NCBI RefSeq assembly: GCF_964204645.1
Contig: NC_134025.1
Location: 28,128,299 to 28,192,298, forward strand
Length of the DNA stretch: 64,000 nucleotides
Source of the DNA: Tubulanus polymorphus
Taxonomy: Eukaryota; Animalia; Nemertea
Reading direction: 5' to 3'
The notes below the pieces were generated by a model. The model was given only the letters and a program-made list of their open reading frames with translations. It was not told where the DNA came from and ran no database searches. Made by a program: the position numbers and the translations under genes. Position 1 is the stretch's first letter, and each line of letters opens with the position of its first letter. Positions 41,801-50,700 of this stretch are shown one piece after another.

Positions 41801-43129
41801 AAATGTTCTGCAGTCAATATGGCGTGTCAGGCCCCAAACGGTCTGCAGAATAGCTTCAATTGAGACATGGCGTGAGAAGACCCGAACGATTTTCCGTACA
41901 AACAAATGAATAATTGTCATTGATTATCATAAATATTCAAAGATTTATCATTCTACGTGGATTGTCAATCATTTAGACTCAAAACAAAAGGCAAATATTG
42001 TTTCAAAAAGCTCCTAAAATCACGCTGTCTTCTACATGGCGTGTCAGGCCCCAAACGGTCTGCAGAATAGCTTCAATTGAGACATGGCGTGAGAAGACCC
42101 GAACGATTTTTCCGTACAAACAAATGAATAATTGTCACTAATTGTCTTAAATGTTCAATGATTAATCCTTCTATATGATTTGTCAATTATTTAGTCTTAG
42201 AAAAAAAAGCAAATACTGTTACAAAAAGCTCCTAAAACCACGCTGTCTTCTACATGGCGTGTCAGGCCCCAAAGTGTTCTGCCGCCAATATGGCGTGAGA
42301 GTACGCGATCAGTTTTCTATGGAAGCAATTAATTGTCACTAATCATATCTTTAGTTTCAATTAGTTATATATTGTTCATAATCATAAAGTCTAAGAAAAA
42401 AAAACAAATACTGCTAGAAAAATCGCGATTTGTCTTCTATATGGCGTGTCAGGCCCCAAACGGTCTACAGAATATAGCTTCAATTTACATGGCGTGAGAG
42501 GACCCGATCAGTTTTCCGTAGAAATAAATGAAAAATTGTGACTGATTATCTTAAATTAGTACAATAATCATTAAGTCTTAGAAATAGGTTTATAAATCGT
42601 TGTTTCTATTTTGTTCATATGTAAAAATATACAAAATCGCTTATGTAAATGTAGCTGATGATCTCCTGATCGTCTCGCACCATAACGGAAACCTATAAAA
42701 AACATATTCGAAGAATTTTACATAAAAATCTGTCGATATATATGCATCTGAATATAGTTATGAAGTAAAAACGGGATATAATTTTCTTTCAAAGTGGTTG
42801 CACTGAACGGAATACTACAATATAACGTATAAGTACATATTATATTTAGACAATATTTAGTAAGTATATATTTAGACAATAAGTTAAGAAAAAATAGAAA
42901 TTCATTACACATTGACATACCGGTACTTGAAATTATCTCATTCAGGTTTTACACGTCGTATCGGACTTAAAAACGTGGTCCGTTCGACGCGAACATATAT
43001 CTTCGTTCCGCGTGAATTATATATAGTCTGCATTTTACTCGGGGCTTGTGACGCCATGTCAGATATGGCGTGACAAGCCCCGGGGCTTGTGACGCCATGT
43101 TCTGCTGATTCTTAAGATTGACTTCACTC
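38870..43129. mobile_element. 4.26-kb non-autonomous TIR (foldback-like) DNA element with an 8-bp TSD, carrying an internal satellite
   Basis: GAAAATTT occurs at 38862-38869 and 43130-43137, each exactly 9 bp outside an inverted CAATCTTAAGA. The TIRs continue with palindromic ATGGCGTCACAAGCCCCG(A/G)GGCTTGTCACGCCATAT and GTAAAATG on both arms. No long internal ORF. Confidence 0.85.
39450..42560 (+). repeat. Tandem satellite, 14 units of about 187-253 bp
   Basis: Unit starts (ATGGCGTGTCA) at 39460, 39676, 39916, 40168, 40420, 40639, 40891, 41085, 41338, 41590, 41784, 42036, 42254 and 42441. Each unit has 2-3 ATGGCGTG motifs plus an AT-rich segment. Confidence 0.97.
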
Positions 43130-43413
43130 GAAAATTTGGGCTAGCCTTTACGCGTCGCCGTCGCTCTAACGTATCCCTGGTCTAGAGTAAGTATTGAATA
43201 TATATTTTAATAAATTGATATGTTCCATCATTTTATCCAGTGTTCAGGCTTAACGAGTTAGTATATATGTTTTTTATAAGGCAAACGGGAAAAGTCGAAG
43301 ACGAAACGAAGAATTCATTCATTTTTCGAGGAATAACCTACTGTCCTCTTGTGGATTAGTTCACCGTGAAGTAAGTTTTCATTCTGCTGACTGATATGTT
43401 TTAAGATAAGATC

Positions 43414-44028
43414 ATGGGGAACGGAATGAATAAAATACTGGACGGGGTGTACGTAGGCAACATCCGGGACGCGCGCGCCACTCGTCAACACGTCGACAAT
43501 AAAATAACTCATATTCTCTCAATTCACGACCAAGCCGAAACCGAACATAAACTACCGGACATGAAATACTGTTCAATAGCTATCAGCGATACGCCTAGCG
43601 AGGATATAACGCGTGTGTTCGAGAAATCTAATGATTTTATACATCAATCTCGATTAGACGGTGGCAATGTATTAATTCATTGTTTGGCCGGTGTTTCTCG
43701 AAGCGTCACGGTTACCGTCGCGTATATTATGACGATCAGTGATTTGAGTTGGCGCGAGGCGTTGAACGCGGTGCGCGGCTCGAGGCGATGCGCCAACCCG
43801 AATTTCGGCTTCCAACGACAACTGCAAACGTTCGAATACACGAAGTTGGCGCAAGAGAAAAAACGCTTTAAAGCCAAGTTTCCTGCGAAAGATTTCAATG
43901 ATATGGAACAGCTGAAAAAATTGCTGGAAATGCATCAGAATTGGGTGTTATACGGGGATGAACCTGCGTCTGATGAGAAGACCTATCCTCTAGCTCACAA
44001 CGCTTATAAAAATACTCCGAAAGATTAA
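43414..44028 (+). CDS. DUSP22: Atypical dual-specificity phosphatase, DUSP22/DUSP15-like, intronless CDS
   Basis: MGNGMNKILDGVYVGNIRDA N-terminus (myristoylation Gly2), ITHILSIHD, D-loop ISDTP, HCLAGVSRS P-loop, AYIM and RRCANPNFGFQRQL. Confidence 0.9.
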   Translation: MGNGMNKILDGVYVGNIRDARATRQHVDNKITHILSIHDQAETEHKLPDMKYCSIAISDTPSEDITRVFEKSNDFIHQSRLDGGNVLIHCLAGVSRSVTVTVAYIMTISDLSWREALNAVRGSRRCANPNFGFQRQLQTFEYTKLAQEKKRFKAKFPAKDFNDMEQLKKLLEMHQNWVLYGDEPASDEKTYPLAHNAYKNTPKD

Positions 44029-44413
44029 TATTTCGGCATAATAGATTTCTTTCACTAATACCTCTTATTATTATTACATAATATTTATATAGTTGCTTTG
44101 TATTCGTGTAGTTTTGATTAGTATTAACAAAATATGTAGAAATATTACAAAAATATTGCTTGAAGCTCATTAATTGATTATTAGATCTTAATTGTGTTTT
44201 AGCCTAAGCTGTTAATTGATTATTATACGACAACCGTTCAAGTCGTATAATTATAATCCGTTCTTCCCAGAGTTTAACACTACAGAGTAAGAGTTGATAT
44301 ATGATAGGAACACGTGATCTCATATTGATAGATACCGGATAGGGATTTGAGTTTGGAGGTATAAAACAATGGGACCAATGAGGTTAGCTAGATAAATAAT
44401 AAGGTAGGCCCTA

Positions 44414-44570
44414 CAGTAAACCCTGCCTAACTCGGACAAACTGAGACCGGCAAAATTGGTCTGAGGTAAGGGAAGTGGTTAAAAATAGGTAAATGCGTCC
44501 GGAAGTTAGCTTTTGTCCGAGTTAGTCCTAAGTCAGAGTTTGCCGTGTCTGAGTAAGGCGAGGTTCACTG
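44414..44570. mobile_element. Tc1/mariner (pogo/Tigger-type) MITE, TA TSD
   Basis: TA|CAGTAAACCCTGCCTAACTCGGACA ... TGTCTGAGTAAGGCGAGGTTCACTG|TA. Confidence 0.85.
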
Positions 44571-45371
44571 TAGTAAACTTTGACCATGTTTCAAACATCT
44601 GCCGACATTCAGTCCCATTACGAAAAATATATATTTCAATCGTTGAAAACTTCGATGTATTTTCTGCTATTTTTGCTACTTATCAAAATATAATCAGCGT
44701 TCGAGATATACATGTGAAGATGTAGCAGTATGTGGTGTAAGGTGTTTTAACGCTCGTGTCTATTTATAGTTTCATACTTGAGATAAATCTTTGATACACA
44801 GAATTCTATGTATCGCTGTCTATAGGTGCTGATAATTAATGTAAGGTTTGATCTCATTTCTAATTATATCTAAATACAACGCTGTCATAAAAAGATAAGA
44901 AATTAATAAAATAAATTGATCAGTATAGTGTCCGCTCAAAGATTACCTGTGAACATTGTCAGATTTACTATTTTCACTTAAAAGAGAGAGAAAATAATGA
45001 AGAAACTCTAATTAATTTCTCTGGTGTTCAGAGTTTAGTATCTTAATGAGTAGTATAGAATATTAACAAAGAGAGAGAGAGAGGGAGAGAGATACCGATT
45101 TAACTGAAATTGTTATATACTTTTATTTATATACTGCACGTGCCTCCAGTCTAAAGCATGTTTGTAAACAGTTAATGTCTGTGATGTTTTTGAAATTAAA
45201 TGGCAAATGTTATTACAGTAGAAATTTATCTTGTTTGAGTTGTATCTACCAATACGTTATTTTTGGGGCCAACATTTGCGCTGCCAAATTATTTTTGTGT
45301 TGCCGTGTTTTAACAAGCATTGATCTAGCAATTTACCGGGCACTGAATTATCAAATTAATTTTGATAAGGC

Positions 45372-45571
45372 TTAACCCTTTCAGTGCGTCTATACCGCAG
45401 TGCAATGTTTAAATCAGTGATGGTTTTTTACACCAGATTGTGGTGTATTGATGTTACTGTATTAGTAATTATTTCTAATCTTTAATAAAATATGGCAGCA
45501 CCTGTCAAACATGAAATATCAGTAACTAATGATACACTGCGCTGCAGAGTAGATGTACTATAGCGGTGTAA
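45372..45571. mobile_element. Possible decayed piggyBac-like MITE
   Basis: The left end TTAA-CCCTTTCAGTGCGTCTA is typical of piggyBac. The right side (TAGATGTACTATAGCGGTGTAA) is only a degenerate inverted match. Confidence 0.35.
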
Positions 45572-45832
45572 GCCCGTTATTCAACACGCAGGTGGATTTT
45601 ATTTTTAATTTTCAAATTAGTCGGCACTTAATATGAAAATGAAATTTCCAGTTGAACTGTGCTGTCTCGGGTGAAATATTTGTTCAATCAACTTAACAAC
45701 GAATGCAATGTTCCAACAATGAATAAAAGGCCTATGTAACAAACCTTATTTCATGCCTTTGAATCGTTTGCGAGAATAAGGCTATGCTATGGTTATTGAT
45801 CAGAATTAGCTTGTCTATTTTGCATCCATATA

Positions 45833-45987
45833 CAGTAGTTTCTGCTTGCCTTGGAGCCGATTGCCTCTAATTATCGGATGCCCTGGACAAAACATTTAGA
45901 ATTCCCATCCCTAATTCATGTGATGACCACCTTGTCTCAGAGAAAATTTATTGGTCCTGCCAGATCTAAGGCAAGTGGAGTCTACTG
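45833..45987. mobile_element. Second Tc1/mariner (pogo-type) MITE, TA TSD
   Basis: TA|CAGTAGTTTCTGCTTGCCTTGGA ... TCTAAGGCAAGTGGAGTCTACTG|TA. Confidence 0.8.
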
Positions 45988-46107
45988 TATCCTCGGAAAT
46001 TGATACGAGGTAGGAAGAATTTTAAGCTCTTTTTAAGTTTTAACGAGCAGTCTCATAAAATTCGCCAACTGGTTTTGTATATTTACACACATTCTCTTTT
46101 GTTGCAG

Positions 46108-47345
46108 CTGAATGGAACCCTGGCATGCGCAACATGGAAAACTGTTGGAATCATCACTCATGGAGTATTCATGAAGATTTTGCTCGAAAAGACACTAAAG
46201 ACAATAGTTTGGCATCCGATACCAATTACAAATTAGTGGGCGGTAATTGGATTTATCTTAACGTTGATGAATATACTTTTCCATATCCTAAATCTGAACT
46301 TGAAGCCGCTCGACGTCAATTAGTTCGATCATTGAAAAAGAGAGGCGATGAATTTTGGCCATTTGAAAGTGAATCCATGAATCCTGGTGGCAAGATGAAA
46401 AAACCTCGCTGGATGAATCAGAGAGATAAAGTGGAAGAAAAACCTTCTCAGATGAGTAAAAAGAATGATAGTAATAGGAATAATCCACAGTCCGACTTAA
46501 GGGTTGTAAAGAAAAAATCGCTTCGACAATCAATGGTCTTGAAGTGTGATTACTGCGACTTATTCTATAAAAACTTCGAAAATGATGAACCGATTGATAG
46601 TGATAAAGAAGCTATGGCTAATCATATGTCGAATTATCATCACTCGAGTGCCAGTATCTATAAAGCAGAGATGTGTAATGAAGAAATCAAACATCTTATT
46701 TCTGTACAAAACATGCTATACTTGAAAAATGTAAAATCCACTCGCCAAAGTCTTGTTATATTTTGTCCGATTTGTTTTAACATATATAATGATATATTTG
46801 AATGCGGTCTACACAGTACTTTGATTCATGGCTTGAGTAAACAACCCGCGTATTCTATAGGACCAATATATCGTCGATTAGAAATTCATTTGTGGCTAAA
46901 ACCTAAATGTGGAAATTGTTCTGCAGAGTTTTCTACTCATAAAGCATTGAACCTACATTGGAAATCGAATTCGAGATGTTTACCGTATGAACAGCCTGAA
47001 GCGGGTACAATGATACTGTGGGAGTGTTCTTCATGTCATCAACAATTCTCAAATACATTCTTCCTTGCCAAATCGCACTTGATATGCCATTTCAGGAAAA
47101 AGAATATTGTACCACCGAAAACTGTAGTTATTCTGATGAAGAGAATATTATGCAGGGTTCCTCGGAGGACTGTTCCACTTTTGGATAGGCCAGTAGAAGA
47201 CCAATTTGTGGAAAGAATGAAAATTCTAAAATCTTTGCGTAGAAATAAAAAATATAGAGTAAAAGGACAAAGCAAGCCTTCTGGTGATCGACCATTCTAT
47301 AAAAAGAAAATTAATGAACTTAAAAGTTTGATTAAGTCAAAATAG
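46108..47345 (+). CDS. Terminal exon of a degenerate C2H2-type zinc-finger protein; upstream exons unresolved
   Basis: Acceptor ctcttttgttgcag at 46107 with an open frame (xEWNPGMRN...). Four CxxC...H units: CDYC..HMSNYHH, CPIC..HSTLIH, CGNC..F..HKALNLHW and CSSC..F..AKSHLICH. Basic C-terminus; AATAAA at 47368. Confidence 0.7.
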
Positions 47346-47729
47346 GTCTGTGTTGATAATTGATCGTAATAAAAGTTTTGTATTTTTGTAATGTACATCA
47401 GTTTTCTTCATTTAATCTGTGGCTTGATATGAATATCATCTTGGATGGATATCCTCCTTGTTCAAAGTCTATCTCAAAAATAAAACGCATTCTTCTTGAA
47501 TAGGAACTGTATTTGAACTAAAAATAAAACTCAAACAACAATTTGAGATAACATTAGTACAGCAATCACTACATAACAAAAAATATATTTTAAAAACTTG
47601 GAATGACTATTTAGATCTTTTCTTCAAAATGATTTATCACAGTCGAGTCTCTGATCATACTACCACAGCATCAGTTCACCTCACTCAACAACTGCAGCTG
47701 ATTCTATTGCTGATTCTTCTTAACAGTTA

Positions 47730-50700
47730 TCACAGCTTTTCTCTTAGCTTCCATAATTTAGGAGGCATTTTTACCTGTATGTATCATTGAAAACAAATAT
47801 TGTTGAGTGGCTTGCTTTTCATAGGTGCGACAGAAACAGCATTTTGAGCAATACAGCCGTAATTAGATACAGATAAATAAAATGCTTCGTGACAATTCAC
47901 AGGCAAAATGTAGTAAATTACCACAATCAAAGCTGACTTTTTAAATTGAACTTAACAGACCTGAAACGGTTGAAGTTTTCGAGTTAAATCCATTAAATCT
48001 ATAATCGGTACGATTGATGGTCGGCCATGAGCACACTGGAACGGTAGATCACAGTTGGATAATAATTGAATAAGATTCTCGCATTCCGTTTGTGTCATTT
48101 CATCTCCAAATTTGATGGCGCCTAAAATGATAAGAGATGATAGACCTTATTTCAACAGTCCACGTATGAAATTACAGCAATGTTTGTTTGACTCACCGTG
48201 ACAAGCTTGAGAAGACAGTAACATAAAAATACAGCGAGGAATGGTTGTATTTGCTCCACCAGTTTTTTCTATGAGCTGAAACAGATTTCACTAAATTGAT
48301 AGATTGGTATTCGCATATGAAATAAGCAGTGTCATCATCATCAAGAGACTGATGACTCGACATACCTGGATTTCATCTTGTATCAGCAACTGAAATACAA
48401 AAAGACGATAGATAATTTTGGGACGTGAATAAATATAGGAACAATGGTTTGAATAATTTACCTTCAAGTTAATGAAAGTTGTAGATGTATCAACTGCTTG
48501 TATAAAACATGAAGGCACTTTAGTCACAGATACAGTGCTTTCAGCTTCGCAGATTGAAGAGAACTTCACTCCTGAAATATAAACGGTATATTTTATATCA
48601 ATATCTTTTGTGAATCATTTAGGAACCCATTAATGTGTTAATTACCTTTCCTAAGAAAATGTTCGGGATTCGCTTTTAATATTCTGATTTCACTCGGATG
48701 AAGCTGTAGTTGAATAGCAGGTGAAATGTCTGTTGATTTAATATATGACGTGCCATTTACTTCTTCTTTTAGTTCTAAGCGATTAAAATCTCTGGTAAGT
48801 ATATATATACAGTGTAACTTCATGACAACGAACAGGGCAACAGAAAATGTATTCATTTTAACAGTTGACAAAATCGGCTTATTTTACCTAGTATGAATTT
48901 TTCTAGTCGTACTCTTTCATCGGCTGCGTGTTGATCGATTAACACCAACAGATTGTGTTCTGAAACAACCAATAAATAATAACCTAAGATTTTTCAATCG
49001 GAAATGAAGCTAGATATTATCGTTTGAAGAAGGCTTCGCTTTTACCGGACTGTCGGTTGTCGACTTGCAACAAACACGCTATGAATTTACGGTCAATCTG
49101 TTGAATCACCTATGAAAAGAATAAATTACGAAATAATCCAAAAGATTTGAAAAATTTAAAGTTTGCTTCTCCTTTTCAACTTACTAATGCGTTCATCAGC
49201 ATGTCTTTAGTGAATCTATATGATTGACAACTGACGTAGGTCCTCAATGAGCTAGTGTTGGTAGTTCCTATATTCAAGATACGCTGCAAAAAAAAGAGAC
49301 CAAAGTTAACACTTAGATTTGTATTAAAAAACGTAGAAACATCTGAATTCCTACCTTTTCTGGAGCCGAGAAAACTGGATTCTCCCAATTTTCCAATAAA
49401 TTTATTATTCCTCTATCACCTGAATCATTCAATTCTGAAATGTATATAACTGTAGTAGATACTCAGTTCCCAAAGTGAATTAATCTAACATATTTTGTGG
49501 TTAACAATATACCATTTCTCCACTTAATGTCTCGGTCAGATTGTTTGAGTTTCTGGTGCTCATTGTAAAGAGGCTGAAGTGTGCACGATTGCTCTACATC
49601 AGATCGCTCGCGTTGAATTTTCGGTCGAGGCATCAGTGGACCAGCGTTATGGCTCAAGAATGGATGTTGAGTAAATCCTTCAATTTTATTCAAAGAACAT
49701 CTTTTCTAAATTTTGGAATTGAAAGTGCATGAATTCGTGCCAGAGATTCGACCCGAAATACGTACCATTGTTTCCTGATAAATCTTTCTTCAAATCATTT
49801 GGACGTTCGAATGATGTGTTTCCTGATAGAAGATTAACATAGATGATCTTTCCTAAAATTTAGAAAAACTAACACGTGCTATCTTGTTTATATTAGGTGA
49901 GATTTATCTTTCAGTTCAAAGCTCACCTGTTTTTGAATCAATTCTTGTTGTCCATTTCGCTGTGACTGGATCAAGGCCACACTGCTCATGAAGGTCTGAA
50001 TTTTCATCCAATGTTGAGTCAGTAAGGAGTTGTAGGCTTTTGTCAACTTTTTCCCAGGGCCATTCATCTCCAGAAAATTCATATCTTTCCTCCGTATTTT
50101 GATTAATAAATTCGGTCACTGGTATAGTATCCTCTTGAGCAATACCTTCAGACATGATGGTTTCTTTTGGCATAGAAACCATGCCATTTTTGTCCCAATC
50201 TTGATGTTCGACATATGTTTTGATCCTACTGTCTTCTTGGGTAATTGAAGGCTGCTGGTTTTCTGTAACTTGGCCCACATTACCTGTACCTTTTACTTCA
50301 AATGGTTGAGTTTCAAAAGACCTGGGTACAAATTCTTGAGAAATACAAACAACAAGGTCATTCAGCGAAGAGTTCCTGGTGATCAGTGTACTGGGACGAA
50401 CATTCACACCTCTCCCACCAATACCTGATGATTGAATTCCTTGCTGTAAATCGGTTCCATCGATATTTGAATTTATTGCCTGTATTTTTTCTAATTCAGT
50501 AGACAATTGCTTTTCACATTCCAGATTCATTGTTACAGGACGAAAACTTTGAGAATTGGTGCTATCTTCACGCGGTAATATCACTGGTGTTAATATGGCC
50601 TGATTCTCATTACAAATTGTCAAACATCGATCACTTTTCTTTAATTCATTCTGATTGTACATATCATTTATAGAATTACTTTCTCGTCTTGATTTGGAGC

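Noticed and set aside
39450-42560. CRISPR-like array (short conserved motif alternating with spacers)
   Set aside because: The spacers are themselves repeated near-identically, the context is eukaryotic and there are no cas genes. It is a tandem satellite.
38884-43115. TTAA as the TSD of the large element (piggyBac/Kolobok)
   Set aside because: The inverted match extends beyond TTAA (CAATC), and a symmetric 8-bp direct repeat lies further out and explains the ends better. Not fully excluded without other copies.
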